Shown: positions 1 through 13,415 of the stretch, in pieces
Position numbering within the stretch: position 1 is the first letter of the stretch
Layout of the letters: the number at the start of each line of letters is the position of its first letter
Origin: Mytilus trossulus
Taxonomy: Eukaryota
Direction: 5' to 3'
NCBI RefSeq assembly: GCF_036588685.1
Contig: NC_086373.1
Coordinates: 76,198,001 to 76,262,000 of the forward strand
Length of the DNA: 64,000 nucleotides
The notes under the pieces: model-generated
Database searches by the model: none
What the model was told of the DNA's origin: nothing
The model's input: the letters and a program-made list of their open reading frames with translations, nothing else
Position numbers and translations under genes: made by a program

Positions 1-1289
1 GTGAGTATTTGAACATTTTGTACATGGTTGTGTTATAATTAGATGCACACATAGTTTGTTGATATTTGTAACAACAAATAACTGTTTTCTCTCCTACCGA
101 ATAGATGCATGTTGTCTCTCACGTACGTATGTAGCCAGGCTAGGTATATATATCTGTACAAAAAATCTTCTTTTTTTATAGAACTTTAAATTGTATTTAG
201 TTTAACAAAACTCGCTGAACCAAATACTACATTTTAAAACGTGTCGTTTTGTGTATATAAGATATAATTTTGTGTAAACAAGGTCCGATAAAAAAAAAAA
301 GTACTCGTGATAAGAATTTACACTTTGTAAATTAGTCGTGAACATTTTAGGTCTCCCAATATACCCAAAGTTAAATAAATAGCACAATATAGAGAGAGAG
401 AATCCTTCATACCTATCCTTTTTTCATAAGGAGGAAAGCAAACCTCTCGACCCAAACCTTTATATATATAAATTATTATTTGGCTTCACCACATCACTTA
501 TATGTATGTGTAACTTAATAAACTTTATAGACCACAACTTTTACGCCGTATTTGTCCATTCAGTACTCCACTTGTAACTATAGGTAAGGGTAATTTCCCA
601 ATCCTTTAAGTAAAAACTTAATTGTATTCATTATGCCTCCACCGTCCTCCATCCCCCCCCACCCCACCCCCACCCCACCCTCACGACGAAACATTCATTT
701 ATTTATGATACTTGGCAGATGATGTGTGTCGCAAAATCATCACGAACTTTATCAGCTGGGAATAACCCCTATATGTAATGAACATCAACAAGTGATTAAA
801 ACAATGTTTTTGTCCCCAACCTGTTCATGTTACACATAGCTAGATCTTTGACATTCAAGGTTAAATAATGTCAATACACCACCTCCTTATATTATTTTGC
901 TAAATATTTCATAACTGAATAAAAACACATTCTCAAAACCATATGTATTCCTATATAGTTACCATAATAATACCTTTGGTGGGTTCTTACCGCATAAACA
1001 TTGTACTATTTTGTGATTAGCATGTAGCCATGTGATTGTCTATGAAACAAATATCAACTAGAGTTCTAATGAAGTGAAATTAAGCAATTATAAGCAACTT
1101 TACGACCTTCAACAATGAGAAAACATTTCTGATTAGTCAGCGATATATAAAAAAAAACGATAAAAATGTGAAACAATTCAAACAAGAAACCTAAACAGTT
1201 TAAATTATAATAAAATGATTCACGAAAAACAAATATTGTAGTAACAAACCAACAACAACCACTGAACTACAGGTTTCTCTTGGGAAAGA

Positions 1290-1610
1290 CACTAACATGT
1301 TTAACCCCGCCACATTATTTAAGTATGTGCCTGTCCCAAGTCAGGAGCCTGTAATTCAGTGGTTGGCGTTTGTTTATGTGTTACATTTTTGTTTTTCGTT
1401 CATTTTTTTACACAAATAAGGCCGTTAGTTTTCTCGCTTGCATTGTTTTACATTGTCTTATCGGGGCCTTTTATAGCGGACTATATGCGGAATGGGCTTT
1501 GTTCATTGTTGAAGGCTGTACGGTGACCTATAACTGTTAATGTTTGTGTCATTTTGGTCTTTTGTGGATAGTTGTCTCATTGGCAATCATACCACATCTT
1601 CTTGTTTTAT
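1290..1610 (+). repeat. Dispersed ~320-bp repeat (SINE-like / Penelope terminal repeat)
   Basis: Near copy at 57110-57460; related partial copies near 6570, 7740-7930, 13470-13560 and 60700-61025, and reversed at 45500-45670, 48410-48620 and 60495-60630. Confidence 0.75.
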
Positions 1611-2016
1611 ACATACATGTTATAATAAATGTGGCGAAGTTAATAATTTTGTGAGCGCTCAACCCTCCAATAACCTGGGACAGTAATGTATCAGCCCAAC
1701 AAAAGAACAAGCTGTTAAAATATGTTGCATCTGACTTAACTCAAAAGATCGGTAAAAAAACAACCAACATTAAAACAATAAACACAGAGCACCGATTTAA
1801 GCGTACTCTCAGTTTAAGGGAAACTGCCTTTACTTCCATGCATCTTTTGCAAATAACAAACTCGTCCTTTGAGGGATGCTAGACAGAAGCAATATAGTAC
1901 AACATCGTGTTGGATATCATGAACTAGAACAGCCATACTAGTAACATATACTTGGTTATAGGATTACTCACTTAGTTTTCCTTTTTATATTTCTAGGTAC
2001 TTCAGAAGTATTAAGC

Positions 2017-3222
2017 ATGTCTGAAAAACGCAGAATACTTGTGTGTGGCGGTGGAAATGGTGCTCATTGTTTGTCTGCTCTCGCAGCTTCCAGGGACAAT
2101 TTAGACGTGCATGTTCTGACATTATACCAAGACGAGGCAGAGAGATGGGCTAAACATGTTGAAAAAGAAAATATGAAGTTGACAATAACGAAGCAAGATG
2201 GAACTCAATATGATATATTTTCGAAACCTTCACTTATAACGAAAGATGCTGCTAAGGCCATGTCTGGTGTGGAGATTGTTTTTCTTGTCGTTCCAGCATT
2301 TGCTCATGCTCAGTATTTTACCGCCATTGCGCCACACTTACAGCCAAATACACTTATTGTTGGACTCCCTGGTCAAGCTGGATTTGAACTTCAATGCCGC
2401 CACATAATTGGTGACAAAGCCAGCAGTTGTACTATCGCAGCATCAGAATCTTTACCATTTGCATGCCGAATTGTTGAATTTGGGAGACATGCCAGAATAC
2501 TCGGACTGAAAGATTCTCTTGGAATGTCAGCTTTAAAGGGTAAAGCATGTCAGCTATCATTTCCTGTGGTAGAAACAATCCAAGGAATTCTTGGAGAGTA
2601 TCCTAAATTAGAGCTACTCAAGAACTATATAGCAATAAATCTGATGGCAGATGCTAATGTTCATCCTCCTATGATGTACGGAAGATGGGGAAACTGGGAC
2701 GGGAAACCATTGAAGGAGGAGCCCTTATTTTACCAAGGTGTCGATGATAGACAAGAAGATCTTCTAAACAGGGTCAGTGAAGAATTGCTCGCAGCTGCAA
2801 AGGCAATCGAACAGAAAAGAAAAGACGTTGACATGTCAGAGGTTATCCATTTGTTCGATTGGTTTAAAATCCATTACCCTGATCAGATAACTGACAAGAG
2901 TTCTCTAAAGATGGCCATGAGAACAAATAAAGCCTATGACGGTCTGGTACATCCAATGGTGAAAACTGATGAGGGATATGTTCCGAATTTCAATTATCGG
3001 TACACATCTGAAGACGTACCTTTCGGAATGGTAGTAATGAAAGGAATTGCCGATCTAGCTGGTGTACCTACTCCAGCCATGGATGAAATACTTGCATGGG
3101 GACAACAGAAACTAGGAAAAGAATATATTGTTGGTTCAAAACTTATAGGCAAAGATATAGGATTAGCAAGGGCACCACAATCATTCGGAATGACCAGTGT
3201 AGATGAACTTTTTGATATTTGA
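2017..3222 (+). CDS. Opine dehydrogenase (octopine/tauropine/alanopine dehydrogenase family), paralogue 1, 401 aa, single coding exon
   Basis: Rossmann motif VCGGGNGAH, then PGQAG (Q120), ESLPFACR (E144), VHPP (H216) and NYRYTSED (R328, D333). Spacing matches scallop octopine dehydrogenase Q118/E142/H212/R324/D329. Splice acceptor ttttatatttctAG at 1995-1996; AATAAA at 3259. Confidence 0.95.
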   Translation: MSEKRRILVCGGGNGAHCLSALAASRDNLDVHVLTLYQDEAERWAKHVEKENMKLTITKQDGTQYDIFSKPSLITKDAAKAMSGVEIVFLVVPAFAHAQYFTAIAPHLQPNTLIVGLPGQAGFELQCRHIIGDKASSCTIAASESLPFACRIVEFGRHARILGLKDSLGMSALKGKACQLSFPVVETIQGILGEYPKLELLKNYIAINLMADANVHPPMMYGRWGNWDGKPLKEEPLFYQGVDDRQEDLLNRVSEELLAAAKAIEQKRKDVDMSEVIHLFDWFKIHYPDQITDKSSLKMAMRTNKAYDGLVHPMVKTDEGYVPNFNYRYTSEDVPFGMVVMKGIADLAGVPTPAMDEILAWGQQKLGKEYIVGSKLIGKDIGLARAPQSFGMTSVDELFDI

Positions 3223-6145
3223 AGCGGGCTATTCTTTTTTTAATTTTAAAACAAGTATAATAAAACGTTCTAGATTAAGCTTAATTTATGTAAACGATGT
3301 TGTTTTTAAGTATATACTATATAAACAATGTAATGCATTTGTAGTATAACTGATTTTGGACATTACACTGAATGTTGATGTAAAGTTCCAAAATCGCACT
3401 GAATGTTATTGATAAAAAAAAACAATGATCTTTGTTTAATGTTCTGCATATTACTTTGGTGTGAGTTATTAGATAGCTGAATTATCTGACAATTTGTCTA
3501 ACGTACCGTCAATTTTTAGCTATTATTCTACATTATACAAAAAAGTTAGCACATCGTACCAAAAGTATTTTAACGTTTCAGTGACTCCTGGGGAGTACTC
3601 TGCGTAAGACAGTTGTAAATGGCAAGAAAATACTTATCAGTTACTGTAAATGACCTACAAATAAATCAGCATCACCAAAATCGTCGGTCGGCTTCAAGGA
3701 GTTATTTTCTATGAATCACGATTTTGGCTTCTCGTAGATATAGAGATAAACTGTAAAATGCCGTACTTCACTAAAATACTATCTGGTTGGGGCTTTTTTT
3801 CTTTTGGAAACACCATTTAAAATGATCGAAATGTTCAGATGACTTCTTTTACTAATTTTAGTGTTCTATCTTATTTCTTTAAAACGATAAAAAAAAATAC
3901 ACTGAAAGTTTGAACATCAAAAATGATTAGCAATTTAAGTTCTACAAAAAAGTCCAAAACGAATGACAGGTCAATCAAACACAAACAAACAAAAATATCT
4001 AGAGAGCAACCATGACTACTGTCTGTTTTAAAGTGTTAATATACATTTGACCAAGAAGCTAGGATTTTGTTTAAAGCCCCAAAATTAGGAAACAACTCTA
4101 TATACATATGTATTACGTGTAGTTAAATAGTATTTGCAGTTGATGTGTTTATGAAACATTTGCCACTGGACGTTAAACAACAAATCATCTTAAAACAAGC
4201 CTGATTCAAATTGTCATAAGTTTATTTATGAGAAAATGTAGTTCATCTTTTTAGACGGTTTATTGGAAAAGAAAATAATTGAGTATTGACTTTACATGAT
4301 AGAAAGTCGAGGTTTTAGAAACTAAGAAAAACAATACTTTGTCGATCAGTTTTTCCCGTGTCGTGTCAGGCTAGCTTCCAGTTATCTAATATTGGGATTA
4401 TCTATTATATACAGACATAACCCTAATAATTATCGGTAGTGACCACTGTCGCTAAAGAATGTCCTTTCATTGCAATGACCCACCCGTTTTGAGACCTGGG
4501 GTGTTTTTCTGTACCATTGTATCAAATAACAAAAATATTAACACTTGTATATGCAGGTACAATCAATATTAGCAAAAAGAGGATGCATGGTACGTCGCCA
4601 ACATATATAACATGACATTAATAGAGTAGCAATGCTGTTCAACCACACAATCGTGTAGCAATAATAAACTAAAACCTTTATATTGTTACTTAGTCAACCA
4701 ATGCACCAAAATAAGAGCACCCGCAGTTACTTGTAACTAGTTCAAAGCCTTTACATCTAATGAATAAATCGTTTTCTCTCAGGCTAAAATATCAGTTCGT
4801 ATACTAGTACATAAAACGGACAGTTTTGGCAAAAAAAAATTCGTTGAAACTCTCTACTGCATTTTCTGTTGGATTCTACATGGAATTTTCCTATTTTGTA
4901 TTTTAGCTGGAAAAAACTCACGGTGACCCTATCTTTTCTTTAGAAATTCTCAAAGCATTGTCTGAAAGCTATCTTCTCCTTAAGTATTTAACAATTCTAT
5001 CATTTTGTTTAGTTTCTAACCACAAAATGGTGTTTTTTTCCTGTATAATCCTTACAAAATGTCTCAAATTGTCGCTTCCTGAAGCTTGAGAAAATGCGCG
5101 GTGACCTATCATTTTCATTATTTATTTCAACATATATCAATAGATACTACATTTTGACAAAGTATGAACAAATTCTATCATTTTTATTTTAGACTCACAT
5201 ACCTTAAGGACGCTTAACTATGGCAACAGAATACGCATGCTCGAAAATCCTTTCTGTGATTGGACAAAATGCTGTCATGGTGGGTGATTTGGTTGTGTTT
5301 GAAAAAACGTCTCGAAAATTATATCGTGATGGAAAGCAAGTGAAAAACTATAAATATTTGAACTAGATCTTACAAAGATTTATATTTTTATTAAAATATG
5401 TTTTTCTCCAATAGCTCTTTGCATCCGTGAAAGCTGTTTATTCGGGACAATATAATTTTTAATGTAAACTTTGTTGTACGAACGTTTTTATACCTATAAG
5501 CTGTATTGCTTTTGGTTTGAAATAAACTATGTGACTTTTAGGACGCACCTACGCATGTGAGATTTCCATCGAGATTTCCGCGGGGTTTTGGTGAATGTAA
5601 ACAGAAAAATACTACTTATACTACCAATAGTTTCTAGCTTTGTTAACCATGAATTAAGTTTAATGTAATGAGTAGTAAATGTATATTTGTTTCTTGTTAT
5701 TTGCACTGGATATTTTGACAAATAATGTTTTTAGATGTCATCACAATATTCTTATATATTATTGCCTTAATATAACCAGACTTAGGAAAGAATTTCTTGT
5801 AGTTACATTCAGATGGAGATTTTATTAAAGAGGTGCTTCTGATGGTTATCGAAATGATAGTTTTAAACATAAACTCAAATTTAAATACGTCGGATATCTT
5901 TTTTAAAGATAGTTCTTGTTAAATTACTAAATACACTCAGTGAAAGACATGCATTATTGCGTCCTTGACGTCGTCATGGCTACTTTCAATGTCACTGAAT
6001 GTTCTCAGTATGTTGTCTCATCCCGAGAAAGGAATAGGTAATATTTTATTATTCGCTGAATCCCGTCATATCTTTTAACAAAAGCTTTGACTATCTAGGT
6101 AAGCTCAGCAATCGGTTATCTACAAAATTAGGGTGTATATATGGT

Positions 6146-7735
6146 ACTGTATTATTACGCCGTCAATCAATCTGTGCATGGTCAATATTAGTTGTAATCG
6201 GTTGATTTGCTTCATTGTAGCTGGATGTCTAAATGTACAATGATGGACTTTTCTTTGACTTCTGGCCAATGTGCAGTCATTGATCCTGAGTTTTTGTTCC
6301 ATTCAAAATACATTGAAATTAAAACAGGTCAACATTAAACGACAGAACGATTCCTTTTCCATGGCTTTGCCAGTTGCACCTATTTAAATCCTAGTATTTA
6401 TGATGAGTTTTTCTAATTATATGTTGTTTACAGTTTGGACTTAAATTGAGCTGTAACAGTATTTCCCAAGATTAAGAAGAGGGTTCGGCGCTTGCAATCG
6501 ATATGGTCTGCAAATTCGCAAACAAATAATATAATCAGGACACGCTTCCGCAGATTATCTATATGCATGTTTCAAGCCAGGAGCCTGTTTTTTCATGGTT
6601 TGTCGTGGGTTGCTTAAATATCGTACTTGTATTTGTTTTTAGCTCATTTTTATGCCCCACCTACGATAGTAGAGGGGCATTATGTTTTCTGGTCTGTGCG
6701 TCCGTTCGTCCGTCCGTGCGTCTGTCCCGCTCCAGGTTAAAGTTTTTGGTCAAGGTAGTTTTTGATGAAGTTGAGGTCCCATCGACTTCAAACTTTGTAC
6801 ACATGCTCCCTATGATATGATGTTTCTAATTTTAATGCCAAATTGAGTTTTTATCCCAATTTCAAGGTCCACTGAACATGGAAAATGATAGTGCGAGTGG
6901 GGCATTCGTGTACTGAGGACACATTCTTGTTTTGTATATAACTGTATTATTACGCCGTCAATCAATCTGTGCATGGTCAATATTAGTTGTAATCGGTTGA
7001 TTTGCTTCATTGTAGCTGGATGTCTAAATGTACAATGATGGACTTTTCTTTGACTTCTGGCCAATGTGCAGTCATTGATCCTGAGTTTTTGTTCCATTCA
7101 AAATACATTGAAATTAAAACAGGTCAACATTAAACGACAGAACGATTCCTTTTCCATGGCTTTGCCAGTTGCACCTATTTAAATCCTAGTATTTATGATG
7201 AGTTTTTCTAATTATATGTTGTTTACAGTTTGGACTTAAATTGAGCTGTAACAGTATTTCCCAAGATTAAGAAGAGGGTTCGGCGCTTGCAATCGATATG
7301 GTCTGCAAATTCGCAAACAAATAATATAATCAGGACACGCTTCCGCAGATTATCTATATGCATGTTTCAAGCCAGGAGCCTGTTTTTTCATGGTTTGTCG
7401 TGGGTTGCTTAAATATCGTACTTGTATTTGTTTTTAGCTCATTTTTATGCCCCACCTACGATAGTAGAGGGGCATTATGTTTTCTGGTCTGTGCGTCCGT
7501 TCGTCCGTCCGTGCGTCTGTCCCGCTCCAGGTTAAAGTTTTTGGTCAAGGTAGTTTTTGATGAAGTTGAGGTCCCATCGACTTCAAACTTTGTACACATG
7601 CTCCCTATGATATGATGTTTCTAATTTTAATGCCAAATTGAGTTTTTATCCCAATTTCAAGGTCCACTGAACATGGAAAATGATAGTGCGAGTGGGGCAT
7701 TCGTGTACTGAGGACACATTCTTGTTTTGTATATA
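6146..7735 (+). repeat. Perfect 795-bp tandem duplication (6146-6940 and 6941-7735)
   Basis: Identical text at offset 795; identical ORFs at 6563 and 7358. Confidence 0.95.
6647..6931 (+). mobile_element. Helentron-associated non-autonomous element (HINE/DINE-1 type), one internal unit; second copy at 7442-7726
   Basis: T-run, then ATGCCCCACCTAC..GTAGAGGGGCAT inverted repeat, (GTCC)n microsatellite, core unit, GGGGCAT subterminal repeat, short hairpin and T-rich end. Confidence 0.75.
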
Positions 7736-9416
7736 AATCGGGCTCTTGACTTTCTCGTTTGTATCGTTTGACAATTTGTCATGGCAGAACAATTTATAGC
7801 TTGCAATGCGATATTATATAATAGGTTTTCTCATAGTTAAAGCCGTACATTGACGTATAGTTGCATCAAGTATTTCATTGGGTCTCTGTTATATAATTGT
7901 CTCATTGTCAATACTATCTTTTTATTTGTATATTAGAAATCACTTGTGTCAGTACTCAAAATGTGTATATCTTGTATGTGCATAAGGCCTTTCGTTTTAT
8001 TTTACCATCGATTTAAACTAAGATAAAAGATTGAGTCAATATATACCAAACAAGTGATATAAAGACATAATCAAAATATGTAAACCGAATATTCAAGGAA
8101 GTCCAACATAAAAAAAAGCGATCTTAGGATGGATTTTTCTCTTCATTTTCTAGTGGTATTTATGTTATTTATTTTAAATGGAAGTTCCCGAACCAAACAA
8201 ATTCCATAATATAAACGGGTAGAATCCAGATCGACGCACCAACACCTTGAGTCAGGCAGTGGTAACAAGCAAAATTAATTTAGTGTTAATGTTTAACATT
8301 TAGAAAAAAAGGAAATAAGTAAGTTGTTGAAGAAGGTTAAACAATCACCCGGATGTATATAGGATTGACTTGCTCTTCAAACTTGCGCAATATTGACAGG
8401 CGATAATATCACCCAATAAGTAGAGTAAGTATTTGATGCATATTTTGTGATTAATGTCATTCATAATTTATTAATTTTAACACAGTTTATAGTCAGTAAA
8501 GAATAATGTAATTTTATACTTTTTATAATATTCATTGTTAAGTACAATTGCATGTATAGCTAGCTTATTCAATATTTTAGTTTCATACTGGGGATCGAAC
8601 AATTAAATGCGAATCAAAAATTCCCTTCTATATGATTGTCTGTCGGTGTCTCTTTCCTTCAGCGGTGTTTATTTTGTTTGTATTTTTGTAGCATGGCATT
8701 GTCCGTTATTAATTTGCCACTGGACGTTAAGCAAATAACAATTAATCAATCAATCAGTTATCGTATTGATCGCTAGAAATGAGAACCGACTTATCTTCAC
8801 TTATCCTGTTATTGAAATTGTAACTGTGTATAGAAACTGAAATGTAAATTTACAGTTCTAGGAGGGTATATAAATGATTTAACATATGAATGTGGTAATA
8901 TTGTATACGTGTTGGCCGGGAAGTATTTGTATCTTTTCTGTTTTGCCCCGACATATTTTTAGATTTTTAATTAACATAACAAATAGAATTTAATAATGTT
9001 TTAAAAAAAAAGCGAAAACATGAAGCAAGGGATTGTAATCCTATTTCGATAAATGTGTACATTTACAAAAATATGTCGGGATTTTTTACTAACCAGACGG
9101 AAATGTTCTAAAATTACGGAAATTGTGAACTATTTTAGTTCCTTGAAAAACAATATGTATGTTCATTACTGATAACACATTGATTTATTGTAATCCAACT
9201 TTCAATTGAGGAAAATTGTTGGTTAACACCGAAAAGCCATTCTTGATTGATTAGAGTATTGTTTTACTTACACTATTCTTTTGTATGTAGTACACTAGTA
9301 GAAGGAATAAAGAAGTAAGAATCCGCATTTAAAATCTATAATTTTAATACAATTATCGAAAGGCTTCAAACGAGTATGTGTATCAGTCTGTTGCAAATCG
9401 ACTGTAGAAAATAAAT

Positions 9417-9622
9417 AGGGCTCTTCACGGTTAGTTCGCCCATGAATAGAGGCAGATTTTCATAATGGAGGTAAAAATAGTGTGAAAAATACGGGAAAAC
9501 ATCATTAAATTAGAGCAGTTGTTTGGAAACACACATCAGATTTCCCATTCTTCACTGTTTCCACCTCTTTCTAAAAAATCTGCACCTTATCCGATATGGC
9601 CGAACTAACCGTGAAGATCCCT
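9417..9622. mobile_element. MITE with ~27-bp TIR
   Basis: agggctcttcacggttagttcg-cccat pairs with atgg-ccgaactaaccgtgaagatccct. Confidence 0.7.
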
Positions 9623-9879
9623 GTTACATCGGAAGATAACTGTAATGAATTATAAACAATAGAAAGTTATTTCCCTTGGCATGAGATTGGTAGAGCTCTC
9701 TATAGAATTTATATTTCACTCAGTAAAGGTCTGTATTTTAGTGATTTTTTTGTGAAAATAATAAATATTTTTCAAAATACTTTTACTATCTTATATAAGA
9801 TATAACATAATAATATGAAGGCGTTTAACTAAAAAAAAGTCAAAAAATTTGCACGATTCTCAAATATATTGGTACTTTA

Positions 9880-10150
9880 GGTGGTAACCAACACCTTAAC
9901 TTAAATTAATTTGGCTCGTTTAATTTTCATAAATTTTGACAAAGTACTTATATTGACCCTTTGACAAAAATATAAAAATTTCAAAAAATTTGAAACAACC
10001 ATTTAATCAGAAAAATACACTGGTTATATAGCAGTTTGACAAACAATACTTTTATTATTGAGAAGCTTAATATTCTCTTAACAACACAACGTAATTAAAA
10101 CGTTTAGCTGACTTTTAAAGAGTTATATCCCTGTATTGTTAGGTACCACC
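9880..10150. mobile_element. TTAA-targeting MITE (Kolobok-like)
   Basis: ttta|ggtggtaaccaac ... gttaggtaccacc|ttaa. Confidence 0.55.
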
Positions 10151-10165
10151 TTAACTTAAAATAAT

Positions 10166-11412
10166 TGTAAGGGTTCCGCGGAAGCCTACTTTTGCTATTA
10201 ATTGCAGGCTCAACGAAAATGCGATACAGCAATCAATAAAACTATTCCTCTTGATACTATCATTTGATAGTAAGAGGCTTCTTTCCATGGTTGGTAAAAA
10301 TCCAAGACGGTTTATGAATCTAATAAATGTTTTAAGTGCTTTAACTGCAGACTGTATGTTATGTTAACTGAAAGAAAAAACTAAGTCCATTTATAACCAA
10401 AATACAGATACACAGGGACAAAATTTTAACAAACATTTCATTCTAGTGAACGCTCTTTGCACGTTAAGAACCCTTGCAACAAATCTTTTGAGGGGTCCGT
10501 AGGTGGCCTGTTGCAAGGCAAAATTTCTGTCCCTATCCAAAATGCCCTCATTTTCCAGTGGCAGTCCAAATTTCCCCGACCATCATCCCAGATGACCTAT
10601 ATCGTATCAACCTACCTATTGTATTTATTGTGAACTTGTTCTCGTCCTGAATATGCATGAAATATTTGCCACTGGACGCTAAACAACCATCAATCAATCA
10701 ATCAACCTTCTAGATGCTATAGCTTTTGGTCATTATTAAACTTCTGTCCAAGTTTGGTACAAATCCAAAATAGTATAAGAAAGTTATCAAGATTTAAAAA
10801 ACTTAAAGCACAGAGTGAATGTGATGTTTCCAAGCAGAAAATCTAAGTTCATTTAAAAGTAAAATACGGAACAAATGGATTTATTATTATTACAAAGTTT
10901 ACATCTGTATACTATCTTATGACCATAAACCAACTTCTGTTCAAGTTTGACTCAAATCCAAAATAGTACAAGAAAGTTATTAAAACTTTTAAAACTTTAA
11001 CCACAGAGTGAATTTGTTGTTTCCTGGCATAAATATAAGTCCACTAAAAGTAAAATACGGTAAAAATGGGTTTATTTTTTTACAAAATTTACTTCTGGAT
11101 ACTATCTTATGATCATAAACAAGCTTCTGTCCTTTTGTACAAACCCAGAATAGCTTAAGAAAGTTATTGAAATTTTAAAAACTTTAACCACGGAGTGAAG
11201 CTAATGTTTCCCGGAAGAAAAACTTTTTTAGTCCATTTATAAGTAAAATACGGAAAAATTGGAATTTCATTTTACATTATTTACTTCTGGATAGCATTTT
11301 ATGATCATAAACAAGCTTCTGTCCAAGTTTGGGTAGAAATCCAGGGTAATTAAAGATAGTTATCAAAATTTCAAAAACCTTTACTACAGAGTGAGTATTT
11401 GTGTGCGCCGCA
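10166..11412 (-). mobile_element. HINE-type element with ~190-bp tandem array; family member at 50701-51365
   Basis: Shared end tgtaagggttccgcggaa; cttctgtccaagtttgg-like unit at about 10741, 10933, 11124 and 11316; interrupted by a SINE. Confidence 0.7.
10447..10706 (+). mobile_element. 5'-truncated SINE with (AATC)n tail
   Basis: gcacgttaagaaccc core; 3' atttgccactggacg..(aatc)n, also at 4158 and 8712; flanked by ttctag direct repeats. Confidence 0.65.
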
Positions 11413-12538
11413 AAAATAGTGTTTCGATTTTGATGATTGACATGTTTTATTTGTGCAATAAGTAGAAGTATTATATGTTTACGGTGAAAATTACAGAGCC
11501 TTTGGTCTAATCTTAATCTTTAAAAAAATCTTTAAATTAAATTCAATCAGTATGATGATATTCTCTTATTTTCACCTTCTATTTTCAATACTCTGTGATC
11601 CAGGTGTTTTTACCTTCAATTATCAACATAGCAAACTGTTCTGTGATATTATCCTTGCCAAGACTACATGCAAGTTATATATGTTTAACTTCTTTTGTAT
11701 ACATATATAAATATTTAGTTTGAAGAAAAAAAAACTGTTTATATGTTTTGCACCCAATTCATACAATTCATTTGCAAATTACGACTTAACATTTTAACAG
11801 CAAAATGAAATGTAAATAATTATCTTCTCTGTCAGTTTAAGATTGATAATAAATATACTGAATTGTTCGCCAATCTAAGTCGTAAGTAATTTTGTGAAAT
11901 CGACTCCTGAATTGCTAAATCTATCTTAGTTGAGAGAGAGTCCTGAAACTCGTTTTTATTACCCTTGGATATATTCGTTTAACAGTGGTGAAAAGTCGCC
12001 AATCATGTAGAACAACAAATATCTGAAGGGCAAAACATAAGTTTAACTATATACTGGTATCTTAATATAATATAGCTCTTAATCGTCCTGGTATCTTTTA
12101 TATGTCTATAGCTCTTAATCGTCCTCTGTTTATTGTTAACGCTAATGAATAAAGCAGAAACTATCAAAGGATACCATCAACATCCAGTTCTCTAAATCGC
12201 AAAATAAGAACGGATTTTTCGATTGACATAAAACCTTTCTAAAATTTTGATAATGAAAAATAAGGATGAAAATTAAATGCTTATGTGTTATACTATATTG
12301 TTTTATAATGCAAAAATATATATATAAATATTGACGTAAAAAAATAATGGCAAATACATAAAATGGTATTAATACATCGCAATAACATTTGCTATTGTGA
12401 TTAGTGCTCGCTTGGTTTATATTTAGGGGTTCTTAAAGATTTTGACCGTTCACGAGACAAAGGCCTTCTTATTCATTACATATATGCGAAACCGATATTT
12501 TCTGTGTTAAAGTTTGAAATAGTTATCAAAGGTACCAG

Positions 12539-13415
12539 GGGCCGTGTCAATGAAAGTATCCTAGGATATGTCCTAAGATAGGTCTTAGGACATTATTTAG
12601 GATGGTCTTAGGACGTGTCTGAGACATGTCTTAGGATGTCTTAGGACTGTCCTAACTACGATGGTCCTAGGACCATCCTAACACATTTATTTAATTGAAA
12701 ATATATGTAAAGATTTGTATGACAAAGATTGAATTGTATTTTAGAACCTATATGTAAAGAGAGGGAGGATGATTGACTCTAATATAGAAAACAACTAACG
12801 CAAAATAAAAGTTAAAGTTTTTACGGAATACTAATAAATACGTTATTAAATATGATAAAAGATATAAATGAATTTAATACGAAAACAAAAGTAAATGTTT
12901 ACAAAACTTTGTGATATTCGTGCTGCAATTTTAGTACATAAACTAGTTTTGTCCTTAGGTCCACTCGATTTCATTACATATACCGAATCAAGATTAGGTA
13001 AAAAAAAGAAGTAAACTTTTCCCCATATTTGAATTATTTAAAATATGTTGCTTATGATGATAGTATTGTTCAGGCTCCAAAAAAAGGCAGCACGAAATAA
13101 TTTAATATAATACAATTAAATATTTAACAAACATTTAACATTTTTACTTATTAATTTTATCTTATGATGGTTTAATATTGTATTAGTATTTTTAGTATTG
13201 GGTTTATGCCATATTTATTGTTTTTATTACGTTTTAGGACGATGTAACCTTTAGGACTATCCTAAGACACCTATTTGTATATCCTAATTTTAGGACCAAA
13301 TTTAGGACATATCTTATTTTAGGAGACGTTCGTTAACCCGATTTAGGACTAAGACGTGTCCTAAGACCATCCTAAGACATGTCTTAGTCCTAGGACAGCT
13401 TCGTTGACACGGCCC
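12539..13415. mobile_element. PIF/Harbinger-like non-autonomous DNA transposon, 877 bp
   Basis: TIR GGGCCGTGTCAAyGAA, 3-bp CAG target duplication (12536-12538 and 13416-13418), and multiple subterminal TAGGA/TCCTAAG motifs at both ends. Confidence 0.85.

Noticed and set aside
6563-7615. Duplicated 85-aa ORFs and the antisense 60/95-aa ORFs
   Set aside because: They lie in repeats and a microsatellite; their identity comes from the 795-bp duplication and they have no recognisable motifs.
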